Shown: positions 36,976 through 51,106, counted from the first letter of the stretch. The stretch: 64,000 nt of DNA from Cenococcum geophilum (GCA_050273025.1 CP158636.1:1178001-1242000); one strand, 5' to 3'. The notes: generated by a model not told the origin, from the letters alone. Translations and numbers: made by a program.

Positions 36976-39900
36976 GGTATATTATAGAAACTTAATAATA
37001 AGCTTTGCGGATTAGTTTAGCCCGTAAATTATTAATATTGGGGACTATAAGCCGCTCCTAGTATAGGAGTAACCCTTCCTCTACTTTAAAATCGGGGTTT
37101 TCTTTTACGGCTTAATTATAGAGGGCCTTTAGGGCGTTAGCCATGCGGTTTATAGTTAAGAGGCGGTTAATTAGCCCTATTAGTTCGTCTAAGGTCTCTT
37201 CTATTAATACTAGCTCGTTTAGCTAGGAGTTTAGCTTCTTAAGAATCTATAGGTTAAGCTATTTAGAATAAAAAAGGGCGCGCGTCCGATATTAGGTCTT
37301 TAGCTTATCTTAAGGTCTTATATCTTATTCTCTTTGGGTTAGGGTATTAGCCTTAAAGTTTTACTTGCTAAAACAATATATAATTATAAAAAATAATTAG
37401 GAGAGTATCTTAGCCTATTAGGCTTATTATTTAGTAAGCTGCTTTATAGTTATAAAGTACTCTAGGGCTTTATAATTTGTATATATTTTAATCTAGGAGT
37501 TTATACCTTTAAGCTCTATACACTATTAGAAGAGTAATTAAATAATAGCTAGTATTTCTTTATTATATACTTTGTAGTTATACTTAGCTAGGTTTATTAT
37601 TTTTAAAAAGAAGGTAATAGGGTACTATTTACTATCTAAATATAACTATAATAGGATTCCTACTATAACCCTATTAGAAGCGTCCGTTTTTAGCATTAAT
37701 TTAAGGTCCGGGTTATAGTAATAAAGGATTAAGAAAGAGATAAGTTAATCCTTTATCTCTTTAAAGGCTTTTATATAGTTATTATTAAAGATAAAAGGCG
37801 TATCCTTCTTAGTTAGTTATATAAGAGGTTTTACTATAATTCCGTAGTTATAGATAAACTAGTAGTAGAAATTATAAAACCTAAGGAAGAACTAAATCCC
37901 TTTTACTATATAAGGGGGCTTTTAGTTACAGATTGCCTTTACCTTCTTAGGGTTAACCTTAATTCCTTCTATAGTTATAATAAACCTAAGATATTTTATA
38001 CGTTTTACCCTAAACTTATATTTCTTAATATTAACTTATAAGCCCGCGTTTTATAGTTTTTTTAGGACCTTCTTAATAGAAACTTAATACTTAAATTCGT
38101 TGTCTAAGTATATAAAAATATCGTCTGGGTATACTATATAGAATTTATTAAGGTAATTAAAAAGAACATTATTTATATACCTTTAGTATATAGCCGGTCC
38201 GTTTATTAATCTAAAAGGAAGAACTTTATATTTATAGGAACTATAACGGGTATAGAATATTGTTAAGTCTTTAGATATAGGGTTTATTCTAATTTAGTAG
38301 AAAGCTTAGCGGATATTAAATTTAGTAAAGATCTTTACCCAGCTTAGATATATAAGAGTCTTATTAATTAAAGAAATAGAATACTAATCCTTTTAAGTAA
38401 TAGCGTTTAGCTTTTAATAATTAATACAAAAATAAAGGCCTTTATTAGGCTTTTTTACGAATAGGATAGGGGAGGCAAAAGGGGCTTAACTTAGCTCAAT
38501 AAACCCTTTATCTAGGTTATTAATTAAGTACTACTTAGTTACTTTTAGCTTGTCCGTTAATTGTTAGTAGAGGGGGCTATAGCCTAGCGAGTTATTAGCT
38601 TTTAATTAAATCTTATAATTATATTTCTGGTAAGGGAGTAACTTATCTAAAGCCGCTTTTAAGAATATATCCTTATAATTTATATAGATAGTAAAAAGGA
38701 GGTGTTTAACTAGTTCCTTATCGGTTTCCTTAGCTAGCTCTTCCTCCCTATTATTAATAATTCGGTTAATTTTATATAGGCTTATTATAAAAACCTTATT
38801 GTCTTTCTGGTATATATTAAAGTAAAACACTATAGCGCTAATTGCAGCGATATCTACTATAGGGGGGTTATTTTTTTATTATTATCCATTGTATTATACT
38901 ACGTATAATACTACGCATGCAGCCTCTAGGCTATGGCGCTATAGTTCTATATACATAAATCCTTTTAGGCAGCTTAATATATACTAGTAGCTATATCCTA
39001 ATAGTTTATAAACCTCTAGACTAGGGGTTTACTACTCCCTAGTAATAGGGGGGTTATATAATAATAGGGGTGTATATAACCTTAGGGGCTTCTAGGGTAC
39101 TAGCGTTATTATTACTCCTTTTAGCTCCTATCGCATCTTTTAGAGGTTATCCCTTATATCTTATTAATACGTTCTTTTCCATACCAGTTAGTTCTATATA
39201 ATTTAAACGTTGTCTATATTACTATTTGTCCTGCTTCTATATATAGAGTCCTTTTTAAATATAGCGCTTTGGGAGAGTATCTTTATTAGTATAAAGTTCT
39301 TTCTAGCTTTATAGCGGGCGTATTTTTAGGTAAAGGCTAGGTTACGGGCCTAGACATCCTACTAGTAGGTAGGGTTAGCCTTTATGGCTAGTATCTTACG
39401 ATTAGTTTAGATTTCCCTAATAAAGGAGGGTAGTTTTAGTCTATCCTCTAGCTAGACAAATTGTCTTTATTATATATTTAGCTAAATATTAAAATAGGAT
39501 GTTTATTTTTGGCTAAGGATTATATTATAGGACCCTAGGTTTAGGATATAGAAAGGGATACCGTATTAGCGTTATCTATTAAAAGCAATATATAACTTTA
39601 AAATATAGATAACCGGCTAAACAGCTTAGCTGTTATAGCCTTTTACTTAAATAGGCTTCTCTAATTAGGTGGCTTTTGCATTTAGAAATTTGGTAATATT
39701 ATTTATATAGGCAGTATTTATAAAGGCAAAGTTATTTACTCTAGTGTTAATAAGGGCGGTTATATTTACTCTATATCTATTTTAAGATACTATATATAGA
39801 ATGGTGAAATGCTTTCTACCTATTAACTAACTAAGATTAATCTCTTTAAGATTAATAGGGTACCCTAGGGGGGAGTCTTTTCCTAGGGTTCTTCTTTTCC

Positions 39901-40568
39901 CAACTTATTAGACGTTTCTCCTTCCTCTATTTCCTTAATATTGCCTATATTCTTTAGCTCTAAGCAAGACAAAGTAAAGTAACCCTCCTTATTATAGTTA
40001 TAGCACGTAGCTAAGGTAGGGTTAATTAGGGTATTACTATAAGTACTAGTTAATAGTGTGGTACGTAGCTAGTTATGTAAGGCTTACTAGTATATAAATA
40101 TAACCGCTTTTAGTATAAGGGCGGTTATAGCTTATCTTTCTACTCTAGCTCCTATAGGTATAGTTAATGAGTTTTAACTACTATAAGCCCTTTTTTGTTA
40201 ATTAGAACGGGCATTAATTCGCTTTAATTCTAAGTTAAGTAATAGATATTGGGCTGCAAGTTTTTAGTAGGTTAGTAGGTCGTCTAAGGCTACCGCAATC
40301 TTCTCTTATAGTTAAATCGTTAGCTTATTATATAGGTCTAAATAGTAGTTTTTAAGGGGAACCTAGCCTTTACCTGCTAGGTATAAGAATTAAGTCTAAA
40401 ACTTAGTAAAGGATTAATACAACTTTATTATTAAGCCATTATAGTTATAACATACGTCCTATGCTTTATTTGGGTTTATATATATAGCGGTTAAATACTA
40501 TAGCATTTTACTAATAGATGTAAAGCGGATAGGGGAGTTATCCTTAAATTTGGCTTAAAGGTAACGTT
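36976..40568 (-). pseudogene. gag-pol: Gypsy family E gag-PR-RT-RNase H remnant (base layer of the nest)
   Basis: CCHC-like TCYNYNKEGYFTLSC near 39965-40010; PR ALINTRVNNFAFINT near 39720-39760; RT YPDDIFIY near 38110-38135; RNase H KTDASNRVIVGIL near 37650-37695. Confidence 0.9.
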
Positions 40569-41224
40569 TGTAACAAAGCCTTATAGTAAATACTATAGTA
40601 GGCTTATTAATAAGCTAGGTATATAGATAATAAGAAGTTAACAACGTAATAATAACTAGTGGAGTGGTTACCTAATAGATTAACTCTAATTATATTCTAA
40701 GATTTACTATAAAGAAGAGAACTATCTAGGTAGGGACTGTGGTCCTTTAAATATATAATACTGCGCCTAAGAAATATACTAAGTACGTTAGTATGTTAGT
40801 ATATTAGTATATTATGTTCCTATATTTCTATATTCTTATATTCCAAACTTATAATATAACTTACTACGTAATTTAGCTACCCCTTATCTTATAGTTTAAC
40901 TAGTTTTAGCACCTCCTATACTTCCATTACTAGTCTATTTATATTTCCCTTTACATCAGGAAATTTTTTTTTAGGCACGTTGTCGCAAGCGAAAATCAGG
41001 GTCTGCAAAACCTGCGTAAGTCGCGATTTTAGCGATTTGCGGCAACTTACGGCAATTTGCTACAAACACATAGGCTACTCGTGCAAATTACTACAAATTA
41101 CTACAAATATACAGGCTACTCGTGCAAATTACTATAAATTACTGAAATCGCGGCTTATACAGGTTTTGCAGACCCTAATTTTTAGCTGCAATAACGCGCC
41201 TAAAAAAAATCCTAATACTATAAC

Positions 41225-42388
41225 CACAAAGCTCTACATAAAGCTCTGCACGAAGCTCTACACGAGGCTCTACACAAAGCTCTACACAAGGTTCTGCACA
41301 AAGCTTTACACGAAGCTCTGCTCGAAGCTCTATATAAAGCTCTGCTCGAAGCTCTGCTCAAAGCTCTATACGAAGCTCTACACAAAGCTCTACACGAAGC
41401 TCTACACAAAACTCTACACGAAGCTTTACACGAAGCTCTGCTCGAAGCTCTACATAAAGCTCTGCTTAAAGCTCTGCTCGAAGCTCTACACGAAGCTCTA
41501 CACGAAGCTCTACATAAAGCTCTGCTCGAAGCTCTGCTCGAAGCTCTACACAAAGCTCTACACAAAGCTCTACACGAAGCTCTACTTAAAGCTCTGCACA
41601 AAGCTCCGCACAAAGCTCCGCACGAAGCTCTACACAAAGCTCCGCTCGAAGCTCTGCGCAAAGCTCCGCTCAAAGCTTTACACGAAGCTCTACACGAAGC
41701 TTTGCACGAAGCTCCGCTCGAAGCTCTATACAAAGCTCTGCTTAAAGCTCTACACAAAGCTCTGCTTGAAGCTCTACATAAAGCTCTGCTCGAAGCTCTA
41801 CACAAAGCTCTGCTCGAAGCTCTACACAAAGCTTTGCTCGAAGCTCTGCTCAAAGCTCTGCTCGAAGCTCTGCTCGAAGCTCTGCTCGAAGCTCTACACA
41901 AAGCTCCGCACGAAGCTCTGCTTAAAGCTCTGCTCGAAGCTCTACACAAAGCTCCGCACGAAGCTCCGCACGAAGCTCTACACGAAGCTCCGCTCGAAGC
42001 TCTACACAAAGCTCCGCTTAAAGCTTTACACAAAGCTCTACACAAAGCTTTGCACGAAGCTCCACTCAAAGCTCTACACAAAGCTCTGCTCGAAGCTCTA
42101 CACAAAGCTCTACTTAAAGCTCTGCTCAAAGCCTACACGAGGCTCTGCTCGAAGCTCTACGCGAAGCTCTGCTCAAAGCTCTGCACGAAGCTCTGCACGA
42201 AGCTTTACACAAGGCTCTACACGAGGCTTTACACGAAGCTCTGCGTACAGAGGCTCTGCACGAAGCTCTACTCGAAAGCTCTCCATAAAGCTCTATACGA
42301 AGCTCTACACAAAGCTCTACGTACGGAGGCTCTGCACGAGGCTCTGCGCGAAGCTTTGCGTACGGAGGCTCTGCACAAAGCTCCGCAT
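41225..42388 (+). repeat. 12-bp minisatellite (consensus GAAGCTCTGCAC), ~95 units
   Basis: Directly visible; source of the low-complexity ORFs in the track. Confidence 0.95.
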
Positions 42389-42521
42389 GATACATTACTA
42401 TCGGGTCCCCGCTATATTCCCGATAGCCTCTACACATACACCTAGGTAGCCACCTTATTTTTTACCCTTCCTTCCTTACATCCTCCCTACCTAGGGAGGC
42501 ACCAGAACGGCAGCCAGCTGA

Positions 42522-43690
42522 GGACCGTCGCCAGAACCAGACGACCGTCGCCAGAACCAGACGACCGTCGACCGTCGCCAGAGCCAGACGACCGTCGTCA
42601 GAGCCAGACGACCGTCGCCGGAGTCAGACGACCGTCGCCGGAGCCAGACGACCGTCGCCAGAACCAGACGACCGTCGACCGTCGCCAGAGCCAGACGACC
42701 GTCGCCGGAGCCAGACGACCGTCGACCATCGCCAGAGCCAGACGACCGTCGTCAGAGCCAGACGACCGTCGCCGGAGCCAGACGACCGTCGCCAGAACCA
42801 GACGACCAGACGACCGTCGCCAGAACCAGACGACCGTCGCCAGAACCAGACGACCGTCGCCAGAGCCAGAGCCAGACAACCGTCGCCGGAGCCAGACGAC
42901 CGTCGACCATCGCCAGAGCCAGACGACCGTCGTCAGAGCCAGACGACCGTCGCCAGAACCAGACGACCGTCGACCGTCGCCGGAGCCAGACGACCGTCGC
43001 CGGAGCCAGACGACCGTCGCCAGAACCAGACGACCGTCGACCGTCGCCAGAACCAGACGACCGTCGCCAGAGCCAGAGCCAGACGACCGTCGCCGGAGCC
43101 AGACGACCGTCGACCATCGCCAGAGCCAGACGACCGTCGTCAGAGCCAGACGACCGTCGCCAGAACCAGACGACCGTCGACCGTCGCCGGAGCCAGACGA
43201 CCGTCGCCGGAGCCAGACGACCGTCGCCAGAACCAGACGACCGTCGACCGTCGCCAGAACCAGACGACCGTCGCCAGAGCCAGAGCCAGACGACCGTCGC
43301 CGGAGCCAGACGACCGTCGACCATCGCCAGAGCCAGACGACCGTCGTCAGAGCCAGACGACCGTCGCCGGAGCTAGACAACCGTCGCCAGAACCAGACGA
43401 CCGTCGACCGTCGCCAGAGCCAGACGACCGTCGCCGGAGCTAGACGACCGTCGCCAGAACCAGACAACCGTCGACCGTCGCCAGAACCAGACGACTAGAC
43501 GACCGTCGCCAGAACCAGACGACCGTCGCCGTCGCCAGAACTAGATGACCGTCGCTAGAACCAGATGACCGTCGTCAGAGCTAGATAACCGTCGTTAAAG
43601 CCAGATAACCGTCGCCAGAACTACACGACCGTCGCTAGAGCTACACGACCTTACTAGAGCTATACGACCGCTGCTAGAGCCAGATAATAA
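42522..43690 (+). repeat. 20-bp CpG-rich minisatellite (AGAACCAGACGACCGTCGCC) with a 207-bp higher-order repeat
   Basis: The variant CAGAGCCAGAGCC recurs at 42861, 43068 and 43275. Confidence 0.95.
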
Positions 43691-43755
43691 CCGTTTAAAT
43701 AACTAGCCAGCGAACACTATAAACGATTTAATTAATAGATTAAATTAAGGTAATA

Positions 43756-43893
43756 TAGATAGGTAGGTATAGATAAATAGATAGATAGATAGACAGATAG
43801 ACAGACAGATAAATAGGTAGGCAGGTAGGCAGGCAGGTAGGTAGGTAAGTAGATAGGTAGGTAGGCAGGCAGGTAAGTAGGTAGGTAGGTAGG
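43756..43893 (+). repeat. GATA/GACA/GTAG/GCAG tetranucleotide microsatellite
   Basis: Directly visible. Confidence 0.9.
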
Positions 43894-44507
43894 CCTTAGC
43901 AGATTGTTAGGAATACCGTTAATTAACGATTTGGAGCCTCTATAAGAGGCTTTCCCTTTACCTAAGTAAATAGCTCTATATTTTATATAGTTATAATATA
44001 AATATATTTAAAAGTATATTATAGCAATCTATGAAAATATATAATTATTTAATAAATTTAGAAAATATTTATTAAGGTGTTTTTTTGTTGCAAAACGTGC
44101 GAAATGTGCGAAATGTATAAAACGTGCGAAACGCATAGGCTCTACGCGAGGTGCTGTAAAACGCACAGGCTCTGCGCGAGGTGCCGTAGGCTCTGCGTAG
44201 CTCTGCGCAGGTTGCTGCAAAACGCACAGGCTCTGCGCAGCTCTGCGCAGGTTGCCGCAAAACGTACAAACCGCTAACGACCATATACCACTGCCGCGAT
44301 TGTACAGTTTGCGCAACTTGCCGCAAACTGCAACAATACGCCTAAAAAAAAAATTCCTGATGTAGTAGTAGTACTACTACTAATATAAGGTCCGTAATAC
44401 TATCCCCCTCCCCTTTATCTTTATCCTTAAAGATATCCCTTATCTCTAAGTTGTCTATTAGAGGTATAGTATTCCTATCTTTAATTTAATAACCTTTATT
44501 ATTCCTA

Positions 44508-45185
44508 ATACCTCTTATTAGATCCTTTATATCTAATTATTATAACTAGCTAGTGACGTTTATCCTCTTACTTAGTAAAGTTATACCGTCCTATTCTTGT
44601 TATATAGAGAAGGAGTTAGTATATATTATAATCGCGGCTCTATCTAGTTACTAACCTTCTTTATATGCTAAGTATACGTAAGCGAATATATAATTGTCCT
44701 ATAATGTTTAATCTATCTCTAACGCTAAGTATATATGTCTTATTATTCTTTATAATTGTCTAGTCCCTTATTTAATTTATTTTAGGGTCTTGCGTATTAG
44801 TAGCGGCTAAAAGACTAGAGGGTAAGCTAGCTAAGACCTTTACTAAAGTTTAATGCCGTTTTAATAAGGCGTTTTAGGCTCTAAAGGCTTAACTTAATGC
44901 TTATACTCGATTATCTCGTTTAGTAAAGGTTTATAAAAAGGTACGCTCTAAAGAGCTCTGTTTAGTAGAGTAGGGTCTCTTTAAGCTTAAAGTAGAGGAG
45001 GCTAAAAAGGATTCTAATTAAGCTAAGGTAGAAACAACTAATATACTAGTAGTAGATCCCTTAGATAATCTGGCTCGTCTATTACCTTTAACTAATCCTT
45101 TTTAATATTACCTAACCTATTCTCTTTTAATACTCCTATACCTTTTCTATAGCCTTCTTTAGGTTCTATAGTAGCTCCTAGGTAG
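44508..45185 (+). pseudogene. A4 antisense accessory ORF (divergent subfamily), RIP-inactivated
   Basis: Reads IPSYSCYIEKELVYIIIAALSSY*PSLYAKYT*ANI*LSYNV*SISNAK. All six Cys positions are TAT (TGT after G>A) with the same spacing as other copies. Confidence 0.6.
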
Positions 45186-46278
45186 TCTTATTATAGCCTA
45201 CCTACTTAACTTTATACTATATTTCCTTATTAATATCCTTATAATTAATAATCTTTAAAACTTACTATTCGTCTTTCTCTTATCCTCTATACGTGTCTGC
45301 TTTATAGATTAGTAGTTTTATATCTCCATATGCTAGTTCTAGTATTGCAATATACTATATAAGGTAACTCTTTATTTTAGCTAGTAGGTTTAACTTAAAT
45401 ATAACTAGTAAAATCCTTTATATAATTTTAAAAGGTCCTAGTCTAATATAGTCTAACCTTTTACTTAGTTATTAACTTATAAAAATTTTATGTAATAACT
45501 ATACTTTATCTCCCTCCTTAAGATCTAGTCCCTTAGATCTTTTAGTATTATAGTACTTTTTTTATTTTATTTAATACTATCTTCGCTAATTCTATAAGGT
45601 CTATATAAAGATTTATTAGTATCTTTATTCTTTCTTTAGCTATACTACTTGTTTTCTTTACTTATTATAGTAGTAATAATATTCTTAGCTTATATCCGTA
45701 ATTTGCTTTAAACGGTAATATACCTATTTATTCTTAAGGTGTTATATTATATGTAAACTATATAACTAGTAATAATAATACCTAATTATTCTATATATAA
45801 TTAATATAATGCCTTAGATACTACTCTAATGTCTAATTTTTTTCTATTTATCCGTCCGTCTGCAGATAATATACTATTAATATTACTACGCAAACCCCTT
45901 ATTCCGCTAAGAATACCTTTTAAAATACTATTATAAATCTTAGATCTCTGTCTAATATAATTTTACTTAGTACTCTATATCTTACGAATACTTCTTTAAT
46001 ATAGATTCTAGCGACGTCTTCTACTAAGATTTCTTCTATATATGCTATAAAGTAGCCCTATTTAATTAACTTGTTTACTATTATAAGGATTATATTATGC
46101 TTCTATCCGGTAATATAATCTCTTAACTTTAGTAACTTAATAATAAAGTTCTATAATATAACCTCCTATAGTCTCTTTAGTATTTTAATAGGTTATAGCT
46201 CTCTATATAGCTTATGCCTTATTAGTTTATTCCTTTAGCAATCTAAATACTCTTTTATTACTCTTTTAGCGATATTCT

Positions 46279-46452
46279 TGTCGGGAATGAGGCAAGCGGT
46301 CGTCACGTGTCGTCATGTGTCGCCGCGGCACTAGCGTGGCGAGGAGCCTTAAGCTCTTCGCCCTCCCTCATTTCCATCAAAAAGAATTAACCAACATCAC
46401 TGTAACCCTACTCGAGTAGTCGTTATTGGTGAGTCACCCTGTGTTTCCAACA
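46279..46452 (+). mobile_element. Copia-type solo LTR, 174 bp, not RIPed
   Basis: TGTCGGGAAT...TTCCAACA. TSD ATTCT at 46274-46278 and 46453-46457. Core shared with the Copia LTR at 3266-3477. Confidence 0.92.
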
Positions 46453-48705
46453 ATTCTAAATTCTATTAATAATATATTCTTCTTAAAGTCTTAACACTAA
46501 GCCTATTACTCTATTATGTCCTTAAGTTATTCCTTTATAGAAATCTTCCATATAATATTCTATAATGCTTTTTAGGATATACTTTACTTCTTAATTTTTA
46601 TATATATCCATCTATAGATCTTCTAGCTATACTTCTAGAATTCTTTATACCTAAAAGCTTTTCAGTATCTTATAGACTCTTTCTAGTTTATTATTCTCTT
46701 AAGTTGCTACTAGCTTAGGGTAATTATATCTAATTAATCCGTCCTTATCTCTGCGTAGTATTACTCCTAACGGTTTCTTATTATTCTATAGTTTAGCCTT
46801 TCTACTAAGTATATCTGCCCTTATATTCTTAATTCCCTTAATATACTAAATCTTAAAATGGTATTCTATAAGCATCTCTACCCATTTAACTTATCTCTAG
46901 TTAAGTTCTTTTATTTTTAGAAACCCCATTAAGTTCTTATAATTCGTTTTAACTATAAATAGTTTTTCTACGCCTTATAATAATACTCTTTATTTTTTAA
47001 GTACTATAACTATACTTAATAACTTCTTATTATAGATATTATAGTTTAGTTCCGGTAGTGTTATCTTTTAACTATAGTATACCACTAGATGCTATATATC
47101 CCTATACTTCTATAGTAAATATACTCCTAGTATAAAGTCTAATATATCTATTTCTATAACTGTTTCTAGTTCTAGTTAATAGATCTTAAGGATTAGTTCC
47201 TGGGTAAATAACTTTTTAAGTTCCTTAAATAACTTCTTTTACTCGTTCCCCTATATTTACGGTTCCTCCTTCTTTATAAGCCTAGTAAAAGGTTTAATAT
47301 TCTTTAACTATTATGCTATAAACCTTCTATAGCAGTTGCAACCCCCTAAAAATAACCTTAACTGTATTACGTTTTTTAGTTCCTACTAACTTACTATAGC
47401 TTCGATCTTCTTTAGGTCTATACTAATATAACCTAGTTTAATAATAAATTTAATAAAATTAGTCTTCCTAGTAAAGAACTTATATTTCTTAATTACCACT
47501 AGTATCTGTTCTTCTTATAGTCTCTTTATAACCTATTTAACGTGTTCCCCGTATTCTTCCTTAGTTATTAAGTAGATAATAATAATATTAAGGTATACTA
47601 TAATAAATTTATTAAGGTGTTCTTCTAATACACTATTAATTTGTTTCTAAAATATTGCTAATATATTTATAAGTCCAAATTATATAACTAATGGCTTATA
47701 TAGTCCTTCCTTTAACCTAAAGGCTACCTTCTATTTATTGCCTTCTTTAATTCTAATCTAATAGTATGCCTATCTTAGATCTATCTTTATAGAGATTTGC
47801 GCATTACTTATCCAATTCCAGATTTTACTAATTAAGGGTAAAGGATATCTATCCTTCTTAGTAATGCTATTTAACTATCTATAGTTAATATATAGCCTAA
47901 GTTTTCCGTTCTTCTTTGGTATAAATAGTACTAGATAACCTACTAATAACTGCGATAGTCTAATATATCCCTTTTATAGATTTTCCTAAATAAACTTCTT
48001 AAATCCTCTTAACTCCTCTTAAGTAAGCTTATAGGTTAGAAAGAACCTTAAACTTATTTCCAGTTCTAACTTTATCTTATAGTCCTATGCTATATAATTT
48101 AATAGCTTTTTACTTTCTAGGCTCCATAATTTCTTACTATATTTATAGTATCTTTTTAGTATATAGGACAACCCCTTCTTAGTTTCCTTATATATTGCTC
48201 CAACTTAGTACTATACTATCTTAGTTTATTATCATATCTTATGTTATTAAGTATCTCTAATATTAACCTAGCCTATAACCTAATTAATCTTTAGATTATA
48301 TTCCTATAACTAAGGTATACCTAATACTACCTTATCCTGTCCTAATGGTAGGATATTAAAAGATATCTTAATTTATCTTCCTTTAATAGTTATCTAAATA
48401 GGTCCTGTTTTAAGGTTAATAATGCCTCCTCCGTAGGCTATTAGATCTCCTAAAATTGTTATTAATAGATAAGGGTGCTCCTTCTGTCTATAAGGTAGTC
48501 CTATCTATTTTAATACTATTAGTAAGATATAGTTCCTTATTGCTTTACTATCTATTAATACTTTAAATTGTTAATCTTGCTAATTAACTTATAAATTTAG
48601 GTATTGTTCTTAAATTCCTTTAAGGGTTTAAGGCTCTACTACTAGCTCCGTTTAGTTTTATAGGCCTCTACTTTTCCTAATTATTAGCTGCTTAATCTTA
48701 TTATA

Positions 48706-50564
48706 TATCAGGAAATTTTTTTTAGGGCTCGTTGTTGCGGTTTGCGGCAGGTGGATATAGTTGATAGCAATTTGCGTAAAACGCACGTTTTGCAACAAGT
48801 TTGCAGCACCCTAATAGCAATTTACGCGTTTTATAATAAATTTACAGCACCTAATAGTAAATTGCGGCAAAATGCTACCCTATAAATAAATAGTGCGTAA
48901 ACTGTACAAATTGTATAAATTGTAAAAACTGTACAAATTGTAATTATATAAATTATAATTATATTATATAATAACCAAATTATCACATATTTCTATAGAT
49001 TTCTATAGTATACTTTTAAATATATTTATATTATAACTATATAAAATATAGAGCTATCTACTTTAGGTATTAAGGGGAAGCCTCTTACAGAGGCTCTAAA
49101 TTATCTACCTACCTACCTACCTGCCTGCCTGCCTGCCTGCCTACCTACCTACCTACCTACCTACTTGCCTACCTACCTACCTGCCTATCTACCTACCTAC
49201 TTACCTACCTACCTACCTACCTATTTATCTGTCTATACCTACCCGTTTATACCTACCTATCTATACCTACCTGTCTGTGCCTACCTGTCTATATTACCTT
49301 AATTTAATTAATTAATCGAATTGTTTATCGTGTTTACTGGCTGGTTGTTTAAACGGTTGTTATATGGCTCTAGCGACGGTCGTGTAGTAATAACGACGGT
49401 TGTTTAGCTCTGGCGACGGTTATCTGGCTCCGGCAACGGTTATTTAGCTCTAATAATAGTTATCTAGCTCTAACAGTTGTCTAGCTCTGGCGACGGTTAT
49501 CTAACTCTAATAACGGTTATCTAGCTTTGGTGACGGTTATCTGGCTTTAGCGACGGTTATCTAGCTCCGGCGACGGCCGTCTAGCTTTAACAACGGTTGT
49601 CCAGCTCTGATAATGGTTGTCTAGCTCTAGCGACGGTTATCTAGCTTTGGCGATAGTTGTTTAGCTCTAACGATAGTTATCTAGCTCTAATAACGGTTGT
49701 TTGGCTCTAACGGTTATCTAGCTCTAGCAACGGTTATTTAGCTTTAACGACGGTCGTCTAGCTCTAGCGACGGTTATCTAGCTCTAGTGATAGTCGTCTA
49801 GCTTTAATAACGGTTGTCTAGCTCTAACGGTTATTTAGCTCTAGCGATGGTTGTCTAGCTCCGGTGATGGTTATCTACTAGCTGTTATTCTAGTGTTTTC
49901 CTAAGTAGGGAGGATATAAGAAAGGGTAAAAAATAAGGTGGCTACCTAGGTGTATATAGGGGGTATACTTGGCAGAGGTACGTATAGAGGCTATTAGGAA
50001 TATAGCGGGGACCTAATAGTAGTGTATCGCGCGTATATATACAAAGGCTTTGTGTAGAGCTTTGTGTAGAGCCTCTATATGTAGAGCTTTGCGTAGAGCC
50101 TCGTGTAGAGCTTCGCGTAGAGCCTTGTATAGAGCTTCGCGTAGAGCCTCTATATGTAGAGCTTTGTATAGAGCTTCGTAGAGCTTTATGCAGAGCTTTG
50201 TGTAGAGCTTTGTATAGAGCTTCGTGCAGAGCTTTATATAGAGCTTTATATAAAGTCTTATATAGAGCTTTATATAAAGCCTTATATAGAGCCTCTGCAT
50301 TAGGAAATTTTTTTTTTAGGCATATTGTTGTAAGCGAAAATTGGGGTCTGTAAAACCTGCGTAAGTTGCAATTTTGGTAATTTATGGTAATTTGCAGTAA
50401 TTTGCTACAAATATATAGATAAGGCAGGCGCGTGTATAGGTAGCCTATATATTTGTAGCAAATTGCTATAAATCGCCGCAAATTGCTAAATTTGCGACTT
50501 ACGCAGGTTTTGCAGACCCCGATTTTCGTTTGCAATAACGTGCCTAAAAAAAAAAATCCTAATA
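48706..50564. mobile_element. TIR element T2 (1859 bp), same family as T1, inverted and more RIPed
   Basis: TATCAGGAAATTTT..AAAATCCTAATA with TA duplicated (48704-48705 and 50565-50566). Contains a CTAC microsatellite (~49103-49295), the 20-mer array (~49365-49875), the 12-mer array (~50042-50297) and a terminal mini-element (50298-50564). Confidence 0.88.
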
Positions 50565-51106
50565 TACTTAGCTCGCTTTTTAGCTAATACCTAGTTTGTT
50601 TTTTATCCTTAATATTGTAACGGAGCCTTATAGTAGGAACTACGGTAGACTTATTAATAGGCTAGGTATATAGGTATTGCAAGTAAGTCAATAACGTAAT
50701 AATAACTGGTGGAGTGGTTACCTAATAGATTAACTCTAATTATATTCTAAGAATTACTATAAGGAAGGAACTATCTAGGTAGGGACTAAGGGTCCTTAAA
50801 TATATAACCGTACTCCTATAAAATCCTTCTTATATATAATATATGTGTTATATATATTATATATATTATATACTACGTATACCGCGTATACTGCGTATAA
50901 TATTATATAACCTTAGTTACTATTCCTTATTATATAGTTCTATAGGTTCCATCTTAGACTATACCTATATTAACTAACTAGCTTTTTCTAACTCCTCTTT
51001 AAGTAGTTATAATATTATACTTAAAGCGTTTATAATACCATCTCCTTCCTCTTTATTTTCGTCCTTAAAGATTCCTAGTATCTCTAAGTTGTTTACTAGA
51101 GGTATA

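Larger units (their letters stand above)
40954..44362. mobile_element. Non-autonomous TIR element T1 (3409 bp) carrying a 12-mer, 20-mer and GTAG satellite cassette
   Basis: TIRs CATCAGGAAATTTTTTTTTAGGC.. and ..GCCTAAAAAAAAAATTCCTGATG, with TA on both sides. It interrupts the A4 3' LTR. An internal inverted copy of the left end finishes at ~41217. Confidence 0.88.

Noticed and set aside
38606..38830. 74-aa ORF as a gene
   Set aside because: It is a stop-free fragment of the degraded family E pol, between protease and RT.
40980..43467. Long ORFs (489, 303, 247, 289, 190 and 103 aa) as genes
   Set aside because: They are translations of the 12-bp and 20-bp arrays, open in several frames on both strands, and have no domain content.
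42522..43690. CRISPR-like array
   Set aside because: Units are head-to-tail with no unique spacers, there are no cas genes, and the context is eukaryotic.
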